A DNA stretch of 50,659 nt from an uncultured Bacilli bacterium (lineage in GTDB: Bacteria; Bacillota_I; Bacilli_A; RF39; UBA660), in NCBI GenBank assembly GCA_947598395.1, contig CANQFG010000004.1:1-50659 (forward strand), given 5' to 3'. Within the stretch, counting starts at the first letter, position 1, and each line of letters begins with the position of its first letter. The position numbers were made by a program, and so were the translations under genes. Of this stretch, positions 7,838 to 17,521 are shown one piece after another. The notes beneath the pieces were generated by a model. That model ran no database searches. It saw only the letters and a program-made list of their open reading frames with translations, and had not been told where the DNA came from.

Positions 7838-8440
7838 TCACGCTAGTGGCTTATACTCATGTCCAAGGGAGACATCACTCGTTGCCACCGAACAAGTACT
7901 CTTATCAAAATAGGCATAGACGCGATTAAACCGATAATAGACATAGACATAACATTTATTGATAATATTTCTTGTCCGGGGGTTAATGATCGTATTGTCA
8001 TAATTTTTCTTTTGCTCTTCCGTACATTTATCATTGCATTGATTTTTATTATCCCAATCGAGTTCATTGCTATTTACCAATTTATCGAGGGTTACCCTAA
8101 AACACCAATGTTCATCTTCTTCAAGAGAAGCATTTTCACTATAACCCGTAGCTACTTGCCGATATGTCAATTTTGATACTTCCTTATTCTTATCAAAGAC
8201 AAACTTACACGTCGAATGACTCGCATTATTTTCGGGATCCGTTCCCTTGCGGACGAGCGTCAAATTAGATTGGCCATAACTCACGGCCGCATCTTCGATA
8301 AGATCGATCTTCGTATCATAGGACTTTTCCCGAACCCGATTGGCCATACGCAAGGCATTAGGTACGGCAATGGTCATCAAAAGGGCAATTAAGATAATAA
8401 CACATAATAATTCAACTAACGTAAATCCTCTATTTTTCAT
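7838..8440 (-). CDS. Type IV pilin / pseudopilin-like protein (prepilin N-terminal cleavage/methylation motif)
   Basis: From ATG 8440 (RBS AGGTGAG) the product begins MKNRG|FTLVELLCVIILIALLMTIAV, with G at -1, F at +1, E at +5 and a hydrophobic helix. The ~170-aa C-terminal domain is Cys-containing. The track N-terminal extension is rejected. Confidence 0.8.
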   Translation of the reverse strand: MKNRGFTLVELLCVIILIALLMTIAVPNALRMANRVREKSYDTKIDLIEDAAVSYGQSNLTLVRKGTDPENNASHSTCKFVFDKNKEVSKLTYRQVATGYSENASLEEDEHWCFRVTLDKLVNSNELDWDNKNQCNDKCTEEQKKNYDNTIINPRTRNIINKCYVYVYYRFNRVYAYFDKSTCSVATSDVSLGHEYKPLA

Positions 8441-8486
8441 ACTCTCACCTATCATAATTATATCATAACATAAAAAAAGATAAAAA

Positions 8487-9080
8487 TTAATCTTTATCTT
8501 CCAAATAATTTGACAATATTGTATAGACCTCTTCTCGCCCCTTCTTCGTAACACTTGAGAATAATACTAAGGCATCTTGGGGCAAGATATGAAGCGTATC
8601 CTTTAAAAGATGTTCATTTTTATCCTTTAATGAAGCTTTAACTTTATCATATTTCGTTGCAATTATGACCGTCGGTATTTCATAATATTTTAAATATTTA
8701 TACATGAGGACATCGTTCTCGGTCGGTTTATGGCGAAAATCGACGAGTAAGAAGACACATTTTAAATTCGTCCGCGTCTTGATATATTCTTCGATCATAA
8801 GCCCAAATTTGCGTTGTTTTTCCTTTGAGACATCGGCATAGCCATATCCGGGAACATCGACTAAGTAAAAAGAATCATTGACGAGATAAAAATTAAGAGT
8901 CTGCGTCTTCCCCGGTTTACCAGATGTATGGGCATAGTTCTTGCGCCCCAAAAGGGTATTTATAAAACTGCTCTTGCCAACATTACTTCGACCACATAAT
9001 AGGAATTCGCAGCGGTTATCAGTTGGATATTGGCTAGTTCGTACTGCTACTGTTTCGAGATTTGAACTTTCTATTTTCAT
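8487..9080 (-). CDS. engB: Ribosome biogenesis GTPase EngB (YsxC/YihA)
   Basis: Motifs GRSNVGKSSFIN, GKTQTLNFY, DVPGYGYA and ATKYDK. ATG 9080 has a GGAG RBS. Confidence 0.88.
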   Translation of the reverse strand: MKIESSNLETVAVRTSQYPTDNRCEFLLCGRSNVGKSSFINTLLGRKNYAHTSGKPGKTQTLNFYLVNDSFYLVDVPGYGYADVSKEKQRKFGLMIEEYIKTRTNLKCVFLLVDFRHKPTENDVLMYKYLKYYEIPTVIIATKYDKVKASLKDKNEHLLKDTLHILPQDALVLFSSVTKKGREEVYTILSNYLEDKD

Positions 9081-9191
9081 CAATCTAGCTCCGTTTCTAA
9101 TTGTATTATAATAAATATTTTTAATTAAAGCAAATTGGAAAATTATAGCCAAATACTTATATATATTATATAATTAAGGAAAGGTGATGAC

Positions 9192-9761
9192 ATGCAATAT
9201 CCGAGTAACATCAAAAAAGATTATGCTAAGAAAAATATCTCCTATGCCAATCGGGGTATGGATCTTGAAGATATTATCAATCAAAGCAATGAGTATTATC
9301 GCGAGATCAATCGGGCGATTATCTATAAGAAACCCACCCCCATAACGATAAGTGAAGTCAAATATGGCAATAAGGAACGCATCATTACCAAGGCGTATTT
9401 TAGGACGCCTTCGACGCTCGATTATAATGGGATATATAAGGGAAAATATATCGATTTTGATGCCAAAGAGACATTAAATCATTCGGCATTTCCCTTGGCC
9501 AATATTCATGAACATCAACTGGATCATATGCGAAAGATCGTCTTACATGGAGGAATATCCTTTTTGATCATCTATATGAATCAGGAATATTACTACCTCG
9601 ATGCCAATGATATCATCTTTTTTATCGATAATTATACGCGCAAGAGCATCCCCTTCACCTATATCGAAGATAAGGGCAAAATTATTCCCAAAAAGATCAA
9701 GCCCCGATTGGATTATCTAAATATTTTAGATGAACTTTACTTTAAGGAGGACGACCGATGA
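9192..9761 (+). CDS. recU: Holliday junction resolvase RecU
   Basis: YANRGMDLEDIIN.., LDYNGIYKGKYIDFDAKET and FPLANIHEHQLDHM. Overlaps the following PBP1A gene by ATGA, as in the Bacillus recU-ponA operon. Confidence 0.85.
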   Translation: MQYPSNIKKDYAKKNISYANRGMDLEDIINQSNEYYREINRAIIYKKPTPITISEVKYGNKERIITKAYFRTPSTLDYNGIYKGKYIDFDAKETLNHSAFPLANIHEHQLDHMRKIVLHGGISFLIIYMNQEYYYLDANDIIFFIDNYTRKSIPFTYIEDKGKIIPKKIKPRLDYLNILDELYFKEDDR

Positions 9762-12700
9762 CCAAGAAGAAGACGAAAGTTCGTTCGAAGAAGAAAAATT
9801 ATAAGAAAAAGACGAATGCCAAGAAGAAGTCCGTAGCTAAAAAGATCAATACCAATACGCGGACGACAAAAAATACCAAAACAAATACAAATGCGAATAC
9901 GAATGCGAAAAAGAAAGATAATAATCTACCTGAAAAGGTCGTTATAGCACCTAATGGCAAAGCGCCAAAAAAGGAAACGAACCTCGAAGATGATAAGATC
10001 AACATCACGATCAATAAGGCTCAAGAATTTAAGGAATTCGAAAGTACGCATGCGATTAAAATCACGGAAAATCAACCCGTTGCCGATCTGCATAAAAATA
10101 ATCATATCACGATTGGAGAAAAAATTGTTAACAGAATAACGATAATCCTCCTATCTATATGTAAAGGTGTGTTAATATTCGGAAAAAATATTAAAAAATG
10201 GGTTAAATCACAATATAATAAAAGTAGACGTGGAAAGACGTCTTCGAAAAAAATGCAAGAAGAAGAAAACGATGAATTAGTCTTGCTTAAGTATCGCGAC
10301 TACCATGGATTTGCTAAAGTTTCGGTTTTCTTTATCAATAGAATAAAGGTGATTAAATTCGATATGAAGAGATTTGGAAAGAAATTTAAATATGGAACGA
10401 TGAAGGATAAAGTTTTGATTATCTTAATGCTCTGTCTCATCGCCGGTTTTTCGGCCGTTGTTGGCTTTGGCGTATACATCATCATGAGTGCTCCTGACAT
10501 TACGGAAAATCGGTTATATCAACAAAATTCGAGTACCCTTTTGGATAAAGATGGCAACATCTATGCCCGTCTCGGAGCCGAAAATCGGGAAAAGGTTACC
10601 TATGATGATTTGCCAGAAGTTTTAATCGATGCGATCGTTGCCACAGAGGATTCGCGCTTTTTCCAACATAATGGCGTCGATCTTGCCCGGTTTAGCAAGG
10701 CAGCTATCAGCCAACTTCTCGGCCACAGTGATGCCGGTGGTGGTTCGACATTGACGATGCAAATTTCCAAAATTGCCTTTACGACCAATGTGCGCAGCGG
10801 TTTAGCTGGTATCGTGCGGAAATTTACCGATGTCTATCTATCCGTCTTCGTCATCGAACGCAAATACACGAAAGAGCAAATCATCGAATTTTATGTCAAT
10901 ATTCCCAACCTAGGAGCCGGTTCCTATGGTGTCGAACAAGCGGCCAAGACCTATTTTGGCAAATCGATTTCGGAAGTATCATTGACAGAAGCGGCCTTGA
11001 TTGCCGGCTTATTCCAAGCCCCATCGGCTTATAATCCTTATCTCCATCCCGATGCTTGTGAACAACGACGCAATACCGTCTTAAATCTCATGTATCGCCA
11101 TGGCTATATCACGGAAAGTGAACGCGATGCCGCCAAAGCGATTCCAGTAACGAGCCTTTTAGTGAAAGATGATTCGGAAGAAAACGAATATCGGCAATAT
11201 ATCGATACCGTCGTCGAAGAAGTCATTGCTCGGACGGATGCCTTGACACCTAATATCAAAAATGATGGCATCAATCCTTATAATGTCGGCATGAATATTC
11301 AAACTAATCTCGACCCCGAACGGCAAAAGGTCGTCAATGATGTCATGAGTGGTAAATCCTATAAATGGGCCAACGATCATGCAACAGCTGGTATTGCTGT
11401 CGTCAGCGTCGAAAATGGCGCTATCGTCGCCGTCGGAACGAATCGCAAGCAAGGAGCCATGCTCGGAAATAATGCCACATCGGCACGTCGGCAACCAGGT
11501 TCGACGGCCAAGCCTATACTCGACTATGGTCCCGCTATCGAATACTTAAATTGGTCGACGGGTCAAACGATCATCGACGATAAGATGACTTATACGGGCG
11601 GTCAAAGTATTAAGAACTTCGATAATATCTTTAAATATATCATGACAGCCAAGAAAGCCTTGGCGCAATCGCGGAATATTCCCGCCCTATTTACCTTCCA
11701 ACAAACGACCAATGAACAGAAGATGACTTTTGCCAATAACTTGGGATGGACGCATTTGGGAGCCGAAGAAAATAATGGCATAATATCCGAATCAGCTGCA
11801 ATCGGCGGCTTTGATGGCGTAACACCAGTCGAAGAAGCAGCTGCTTATGCCACATTTGCTCGCGGCGGAACTTATATCGAACCTTACACCGTTTCGCGCA
11901 TCGAATTCGTCGATACCGGTGAAGTCATCGACGTCGTACCAAAAAAGGTTCAAGCCATGTCCGATTCGACGGCTTACCTCATCAACGTCATCTTGAAATA
12001 TGCCGTAACTAGTGGCAGTGTTGGAACGGGAAGTGTATCGGGAACCGATATCGCTGGTAAGACCGGAACGACGACCCTACCATCTTCGACCAAGAAGAAC
12101 TTGGGATTAAAAAATAATCCGATTCGCGATTCTTGGGAAGTAGCTTATTCACCTGATTATGCCATTGCTACTTGGTATGGTTATGAAACGATCGATAAAA
12201 ACTATTACTTAACTTCTTCGGAAGGTAGCAAGGCGCGGAAGGCGATAACTAAGACGTTGGTCAAAGGTATTATGAAAAAAAATAGTCGCTTTGAAAAACC
12301 TAATTCGGTTACTTCCGTCGAAATCGAACTCGAAACGGATCCTGTCGAACTAGCCAGTGCTTATACACCTAGTGATCTACGCAGTACTGAATACTTTAAA
12401 AAGGGCACCGAACCGACGACGGTATCCAAACGCTTCGATACATTGGAAAATCCAAGTAATTTACAATATCATGCAACGGGTACACAAGTTACATTGACAT
12501 GGGATGCCGCTCCACTACCCGATGCCATTAATAATGAATACTTGACTAATTACTTTAATAATTCCACGGTTTATAATCTCTGGGCTGAAAAATATCTAAA
12601 TGAACGTCTAAGTTATAATTCGAAGAATATTGGATCCTTCGGTTATCAAATATATTATATCAATAGCTATGGTCATACGGTTGACCTCGGATTTACGACT

Positions 12701-13159
12701 TCTAATAGCTTTACGACCAATATGGCCCTTACTAGTGCTACGAAATTTATCGTCAAATCGTCATATCAAAAATTTAAGAGCAATCAATCGACGGGATTGA
12801 CCATTCTCGTAAGTCCTAATTCGGCATCTTCGCCAAACGTCCCAATTACTCCATCGACTCAAACAACCGAACCGACGACCAAGACGAATTTGAGTGTTGA
12901 ATATATCGGATCAAGTTGTTCGACTGTCGATACCTTCAAAAAATTGGGCAATACAGCTAAAGATAAGATTCGCGTTAAAGCCAATGGTGAAACGGTTACC
13001 GATAAGGCCAGTGTTAGCTATACTTGTACGGATGTTGCAACTGATGCCGAAATAAATTGCAATAATTTAATTTCAGGACATGAATATCGCGTACGCTTTA
13101 CCGTCAAGTATAATGGCATCGAACGAAATTTAAATGTCACGTTAAAATCGAGTTGTTAA
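9758..13159 (+). CDS. ponA: Class A penicillin-binding protein (PBP1A; GT51 glycosyltransferase + transpeptidase) with long Lys-rich N-terminal and extended C-terminal regions
   Basis: GT51 motifs EDSRFFQHNGVD, GGSTLTMQ and RKFTDVYL. Transpeptidase motifs STAKP (SxxK), SRN and KTGTT. AAGGAGG RBS. TM helix around aa 217-240. Confidence 0.9.
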   Translation: MTKKKTKVRSKKKNYKKKTNAKKKSVAKKINTNTRTTKNTKTNTNANTNAKKKDNNLPEKVVIAPNGKAPKKETNLEDDKINITINKAQEFKEFESTHAIKITENQPVADLHKNNHITIGEKIVNRITIILLSICKGVLIFGKNIKKWVKSQYNKSRRGKTSSKKMQEEENDELVLLKYRDYHGFAKVSVFFINRIKVIKFDMKRFGKKFKYGTMKDKVLIILMLCLIAGFSAVVGFGVYIIMSAPDITENRLYQQNSSTLLDKDGNIYARLGAENREKVTYDDLPEVLIDAIVATEDSRFFQHNGVDLARFSKAAISQLLGHSDAGGGSTLTMQISKIAFTTNVRSGLAGIVRKFTDVYLSVFVIERKYTKEQIIEFYVNIPNLGAGSYGVEQAAKTYFGKSISEVSLTEAALIAGLFQAPSAYNPYLHPDACEQRRNTVLNLMYRHGYITESERDAAKAIPVTSLLVKDDSEENEYRQYIDTVVEEVIARTDALTPNIKNDGINPYNVGMNIQTNLDPERQKVVNDVMSGKSYKWANDHATAGIAVVSVENGAIVAVGTNRKQGAMLGNNATSARRQPGSTAKPILDYGPAIEYLNWSTGQTIIDDKMTYTGGQSIKNFDNIFKYIMTAKKALAQSRNIPALFTFQQTTNEQKMTFANNLGWTHLGAEENNGIISESAAIGGFDGVTPVEEAAAYATFARGGTYIEPYTVSRIEFVDTGEVIDVVPKKVQAMSDSTAYLINVILKYAVTSGSVGTGSVSGTDIAGKTGTTTLPSSTKKNLGLKNNPIRDSWEVAYSPDYAIATWYGYETIDKNYYLTSSEGSKARKAITKTLVKGIMKKNSRFEKPNSVTSVEIELETDPVELASAYTPSDLRSTEYFKKGTEPTTVSKRFDTLENPSNLQYHATGTQVTLTWDAAPLPDAINNEYLTNYFNNSTVYNLWAEKYLNERLSYNSKNIGSFGYQIYYINSYGHTVDLGFTTSNSFTTNMALTSATKFIVKSSYQKFKSNQSTGLTILVSPNSASSPNVPITPSTQTTEPTTKTNLSVEYIGSSCSTVDTFKKLGNTAKDKIRVKANGETVTDKASVSYTCTDVATDAEINCNNLISGHEYRVRFTVKYNGIERNLNVTLKSSC

Positions 13160-13191
13160 AAGAGTTTAATGCTCTTTTTTCTTTGTTTTTA

Positions 13192-13220
13192 TTGACGGAT
13201 ATTTTGAGTTATTGTATAAT
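13192..13220 (+). promoter_or_regulatory. Sigma-A promoter upstream of the PilB-like ATPase gene
   Basis: TTGACG (13192-13197), a 17-nt spacer, then TATAAT (13215-13220). Confidence 0.55.
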
Positions 13221-13253
13221 TATTATGGAATAAAATAGATAGGGTTGAGTATA

Positions 13254-15365
13254 ATGAATGATACGACAAATGTAGAAAATGAAACTGTAACACAATATGT
13301 TGATGAATTTGGTAACCCCATCGATCCATCACTTATTGATGCATCAGGTAATTATATCGGCTCTCCAGTCTACGTCGATGAAGCGGGAAATCCCATCAAT
13401 CAAGTTCCCGAAGGTACGGCAAGTAATAATCTAGGAGTCGAAAATTCACCGCTAACTACAGCGATGGGCAATGGAACAAATAATAATGAAAACGTCGTTT
13501 CCGCTTCCATCAAGCAAATGGAAGGCAAAGAAATACTTACCGGGATGGTAACTTTTGATTACAATAATGTTCCAATAACGGATATTGTCAATTCAATAAT
13601 TCTCGATGCGATTAATAAAGGTGCATCAGATATTCACTTTGACCCCTTTGAAGAAGGTATCAAGATTCGAATTCGGATCGATGGCCAATTAAATGATTAC
13701 TCTATCGTTCCCCTATATGTAAAAAAGAATATGATTACGCGGATAAAGATTATTTCCGGAATGAATATTACCGAAAGTCGGATTCCCCAAGATGGTGCAA
13801 TACGAACAGAACTTCGTCATCGAACAGTCGACCTTCGGGTTTCGTGTTTGCCAACTAATTTGGGCGAAAAAATCGTCATTCGGATCATGGATTATTCGAT
13901 GAGTGCCGCTGGTATTGAAGCCCTCGATTTTAATCCCCAAAATTTGGAAAAAGTCAAAAAGATGTTATCCTTGCCAAATGGCATTATCTTGGTAACTGGT
14001 GCTACTGGTACTGGTAAATCGACGACAGTCTATGCGATGTTGCAAAGGCTAAATGTCGAAGGGACAAACCTCATTACCGTTGAGGATCCAATCGAAATGA
14101 ATATTGGCGGCGTCAATCAAGTTCAAGCGGTCAGTGAAATTGGCCTCGACTTTGCCACCGTTTTGCGAAGCATTCTTCGGCAAGACCCCGATGTCATCAT
14201 GATTGGTGAAATTCGTGATGATGAGACAGCCCGCATCGCCGTTCGAGCTAGTATTACTGGTCACTTAGTTCTATCGACGATACATACCAATAACTCATTA
14301 AATACGATCGAACGGTTAACCGATATGTCCGTCGAAAGATATTTACTCGGATCATCTTTGGAAGGCATTGTCTCCCAAAAGTTAGCACGGCGCTTATGCA
14401 ACAAATGTAAGAGAAAAAGACCGACGACGGATTATGAAAAGGATATCTTTAAAAAAGTTTTAAATAAAGACATCGCCGAGATATATGAACCAGTTGGATG
14501 TCCAGAATGTTCGCGCGGCTATCGCGGCCGAATTGCCATTCACGAAGTATTGCTCTTAAATCAACAAATTAAAGATGCCATTACCAAGGGCGTTGCCAAA
14601 GATGTCTTAAGAGAATTAGTATATGGCCATGGTGGAACGGAAACGATGCTTCAAGATGGCTTGGAAAAAGTTTTAGCTGGCGATACGTCATTTGCCGAAA
14701 TTCTTAAATTAATCGATCTCGAAGATGACCTAGGCAGTGGTACCCAACTAGGTCTTGAAAATCAAATAAATGCGGCTGCCATGAACCATCATTATCATGA
14801 TGATGGCGAAGAAGACGATGAGGAGATAATCCTTCGACCAAAGAGACATAAAAAACGCAAGATCATCGAATTTGATCCCGACGACTTTGCCGATGATGAT
14901 GACGATGAAATTCCTCTTCCTAAAAAGCATAAAGCCCAAGCAACGCCTGAAAAAGATACATATGACGAAGAAGATAAAGAAAACGAGGAGACACCAACGA
15001 TCGATCTTGCCGATATTTCCGAAAGAGTTGCCAATTTGACGGATAATGAGGAAAACTACGATAAAGAGCAAATATCTTCCCTTCTCGATGAAATCAGTGG
15101 ATGTTTGCCAAACTTAGCTGCTTCCGAAGATAACGTCGATGCCGTTACCAATATTGCCCATCATTTGGATATGCTCTTCCTCGACGATCGGATCAATGAA
15201 GATGGCGAATTAAAGGAAAAAATGCTTAAGACTTTGGATTTAGTAAGCGATTATATAACGAACAATACCTTATCGATGCTCGATGAGAATATGGATTATG
15301 ATGCTTCGACGCTAAGTGAGGAAGAACTCGATAACATATTTGCCGATATCGACTTAGATGAATAA
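13254..15365 (+). CDS. GspE/PilB-family secretion/pilus-assembly ATPase with N-terminal repeat region and ~200-aa acidic C-terminal extension
   Basis: Walker A GATGTGKST, Walker B DPDVIMIGEIRD, His box TGHLVLSTIHTN and tetracysteine CNKC...CPEC. ATG 13254 is preferred over the TTG at 13245. Confidence 0.85.
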   Translation: MNDTTNVENETVTQYVDEFGNPIDPSLIDASGNYIGSPVYVDEAGNPINQVPEGTASNNLGVENSPLTTAMGNGTNNNENVVSASIKQMEGKEILTGMVTFDYNNVPITDIVNSIILDAINKGASDIHFDPFEEGIKIRIRIDGQLNDYSIVPLYVKKNMITRIKIISGMNITESRIPQDGAIRTELRHRTVDLRVSCLPTNLGEKIVIRIMDYSMSAAGIEALDFNPQNLEKVKKMLSLPNGIILVTGATGTGKSTTVYAMLQRLNVEGTNLITVEDPIEMNIGGVNQVQAVSEIGLDFATVLRSILRQDPDVIMIGEIRDDETARIAVRASITGHLVLSTIHTNNSLNTIERLTDMSVERYLLGSSLEGIVSQKLARRLCNKCKRKRPTTDYEKDIFKKVLNKDIAEIYEPVGCPECSRGYRGRIAIHEVLLLNQQIKDAITKGVAKDVLRELVYGHGGTETMLQDGLEKVLAGDTSFAEILKLIDLEDDLGSGTQLGLENQINAAAMNHHYHDDGEEDDEEIILRPKRHKKRKIIEFDPDDFADDDDDEIPLPKKHKAQATPEKDTYDEEDKENEETPTIDLADISERVANLTDNEENYDKEQISSLLDEISGCLPNLAASEDNVDAVTNIAHHLDMLFLDDRINEDGELKEKMLKTLDLVSDYITNNTLSMLDENMDYDASTLSEEELDNIFADIDLDE

Positions 15366-15368
15366 ATT

Positions 15369-15395
15369 AGTACTTTCCGATGAAAGTACTTTTTA
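15369..15395 (+). terminator. Rho-independent terminator after the ATPase gene
   Basis: AGTACTTTC-CGAT-GAAAGTACT, a 9-bp stem, followed by TTTT. Confidence 0.75.
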
Positions 15396-15413
15396 TATGC
15401 CAAAAATTTATAT

Positions 15414-15444
15414 GCAAAAAAAAGAGAATAACATGTATTCTCTT
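15414..15444 (-). terminator. Rho-independent terminator after tsf
   Basis: The - strand reads AAGAGAATA-CATGT-TATTCTCTT followed by T8. The hairpin overlaps the tsf stop codon. Confidence 0.7.
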
Positions 15445-16315
15445 AGCCATTAATTTGTTTGGCAACTTCTTCAGCAAAGTTTTCTTGCCGTTTTTCCATA
15501 CCTTCGCCAACTTCATAACGAATCATGGATTTGACGACGCCACCATTATTTTTAACATATGTTTCGACATCGATATCGCCATTTTTGACGAAAGCTTGAT
15601 GTATTAAGCAATTCTCTTTATAGTATTTTTGAATGCGACCATTAACCATCTTTTCGGCGATATCAGCCGGCTTACCTTCGTTGATAGCTTGTTCCTTTAA
15701 GACCTCTTTTTCTTTTTCGATGACATCGCTAGGAACGGAATCCTTATTGAGATAAAGTGGATTCATAGCTGCCGCTTGCATGGCCACATCGCGAGCAACT
15801 TCGGCATTAGCTCCTTCGAGAACGGTTAAGACGGCAATCTTACCACCCATATGGAGGTATTCGCCAAAATTCTCATTGTCCGCCTTCGTGACGACTTTAA
15901 CTCTTCTTAACGATAGCTTCTCGCCAATTTTTGCCGTCTTGGCAATGATTAGATCATTTACCGTTTGACCATCGAGTTCGAGCTTTAAAATATCTTCAAG
16001 TTCAGTAACATCACTTTTTAATACGGCTTCGCCAATGGCATTGATCATATCGACAAATTCTTGATTTTTCGTAACGAAATCCGTCTCACAATTGACTTCC
16101 ATGATGACAGCTTTATTGCCATCGACAAAGATATTCGCCAATCCCTCAGCCGCAATTCGACTTGATTTCTTTTCGGCCTTGGAAATGCCCTTTTCTCTTA
16201 ACCATTTAGCAGCTTCTTCCATATTACCTTGGCATTCCGTCAAAGCCTTCTTGCAATCCATCATCCCCGCACCGGTTAAATTGCGCAATTCGTTGACATC
16301 TTTTGCACTTATCAT
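15443..16315 (-). CDS. tsf: Translation elongation factor Ts
   Basis: N-terminal UBA-like AKDVNELRNLTGAGMMDCKKAL. Full-length EF-Ts-like 290-aa ORF immediately downstream of rpsB. AGGAG RBS. Confidence 0.92.
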   Translation of the reverse strand: MISAKDVNELRNLTGAGMMDCKKALTECQGNMEEAAKWLREKGISKAEKKSSRIAAEGLANIFVDGNKAVIMEVNCETDFVTKNQEFVDMINAIGEAVLKSDVTELEDILKLELDGQTVNDLIIAKTAKIGEKLSLRRVKVVTKADNENFGEYLHMGGKIAVLTVLEGANAEVARDVAMQAAAMNPLYLNKDSVPSDVIEKEKEVLKEQAINEGKPADIAEKMVNGRIQKYYKENCLIHQAFVKNGDIDVETYVKNNGGVVKSMIRYEVGEGMEKRQENFAEEVAKQING

Positions 16316-16326
16316 TTCTAACGCTC

Positions 16327-17265
16327 CTAACTTAATGATGAAATTAATTCATCTTTTTTCATGGTTGAGTAGCCCTTAATTCCCGCATCTTTAGCCATAT
16401 TGCGAAGTTCGGAAACGGTCTTACCCGTCAAGTCATTTTCCTCTTCTTTTTCTTCGCCTTTGCTCTCCTCTGCCTCAGCAGGTGCGGCCTTTTCAGCTAC
16501 CTCTTTAGGAAGTTCCTTATCTTCCTCTTTGGCCTTGACGTCTTTTTTGGCCTTATCATCTTCGGTAACATAATCGACGATTTCTAAGCCCTTCGCCTCA
16601 CAGATGGCATTCGTCAAAACGCCAAGGACAACCTTGACACTGCGAACAGCATCGTCATTACCAGGAATGACATAATCGACATCGTCGGGATCACAATTGG
16701 TATCGACGAGTCCAAATACTGGAATATTTAATTTACGGGCTTCTCTTATCGCATTGATTTCCTTTTTAGGATCGACGATAATTAGAGCATTTGGCAATTT
16801 ATCCATAGCTCGAATACCACATAAGACGCGATTTAACTTCTCGTATTCCTTCTTTAATCCGATTACTTCCTTTTTAGGTAAGACATCGAACATTCCCGTA
16901 TTTTCCATATTTTCAATTTCTTCGAGTCTCTTAATGCGCTTGCGAATCGTCCGGAAGTTAGTAAGTGTACCTCCTAACCATCTCTCCGTAACATAGAAAG
17001 ATTCACTACGCGTAGCTTCTTCAATGGAAGCTTCAACAGCTTGCTTTTTCGTACCGACGAATAAGAATGATCCACCATTTTCAGCAATCTTCTTAATCTC
17101 TTCGTAAGCTTTTTCAATACAAGCAACCGTCTTTTCAAGATTGATAATATAAATATCATCTCTTGCCGTAAAGATGTATTCCTTCATCTTAGGATTCCAT
17201 CTCTTAGTTTGATGTCCAAAATGAACACCGGCTTCTAATAGATAACTCATAGAAACAACAGCCAT
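16327..17265 (-). CDS. rpsB: 30S ribosomal protein S2 with acidic linker and C-terminal Rho_N/SAP-like helix-extended-helix module
   Basis: [19 protein letters not shown] and a full S2 core. There is an extra ~70 aa: an acidic/Lys-rich linker, then [34 protein letters not shown] (16330-16431). Confidence 0.92.
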   Translation of the reverse strand: MAVVSMSYLLEAGVHFGHQTKRWNPKMKEYIFTARDDIYIINLEKTVACIEKAYEEIKKIAENGGSFLFVGTKKQAVEASIEEATRSESFYVTERWLGGTLTNFRTIRKRIKRLEEIENMENTGMFDVLPKKEVIGLKKEYEKLNRVLCGIRAMDKLPNALIIVDPKKEINAIREARKLNIPVFGLVDTNCDPDDVDYVIPGNDDAVRSVKVVLGVLTNAICEAKGLEIVDYVTEDDKAKKDVKAKEEDKELPKEVAEKAAPAEAEESKGEEKEEENDLTGKTVSELRNMAKDAGIKGYSTMKKDELISSLS

Positions 17266-17376
17266 ATAATTTTCACTCTCCTTTTGTTATACTTCCAAAT
17301 ATTTAAGAACTACCAACCAATGGCCACGCGATAGCTCCATCAATATCTGTGCTTATTTCGGCTAAAAGCCAAGATT

Positions 17377-17405
17377 ATAATATCAAATCTTGAACGACAT
17401 TTCAA
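17377..17405 (-). promoter_or_regulatory. Putative sigma-A promoter of rpsB-tsf
   Basis: The - strand reads TTGAAA (17405-17400), a 17-nt spacer, then TATTAT (17382-17377). This implies a ~105-nt leader. Confidence 0.4.
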
Positions 17406-17488
17406 GCCTTCTTTTGAGTTTTTAAGGGGTAAAATACTACTTATTGATACTTTTCTCTTTAATTATATTTATAACTTTAGAAATTATT

Positions 17489-17511
17489 AAAAAAAGAGAT
17501 CTTATAATCTC
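17489..17511 (-). terminator. Rho-independent terminator after the aminopeptidase gene
   Basis: The - strand reads GAGAT-TATAAG-ATCTC followed by T7. Confidence 0.5.
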
Positions 17512-17521
17512 CTCTTAGAAT

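Noticed and set aside
15380-15607. 75-aa + strand ORF starting in the pilB-like/tsf intergenic region.
   Set aside because: It runs through both convergent terminators and into the antisense of tsf. It has no RBS.
17266-17376. The ~105-nt rpsB leader as a possible S2-autoregulatory structure or riboswitch.
   Set aside because: Only short 4-5 bp hairpins could be drawn by eye. No conserved motif was recognised, so nothing supportable remains beyond the promoter call.
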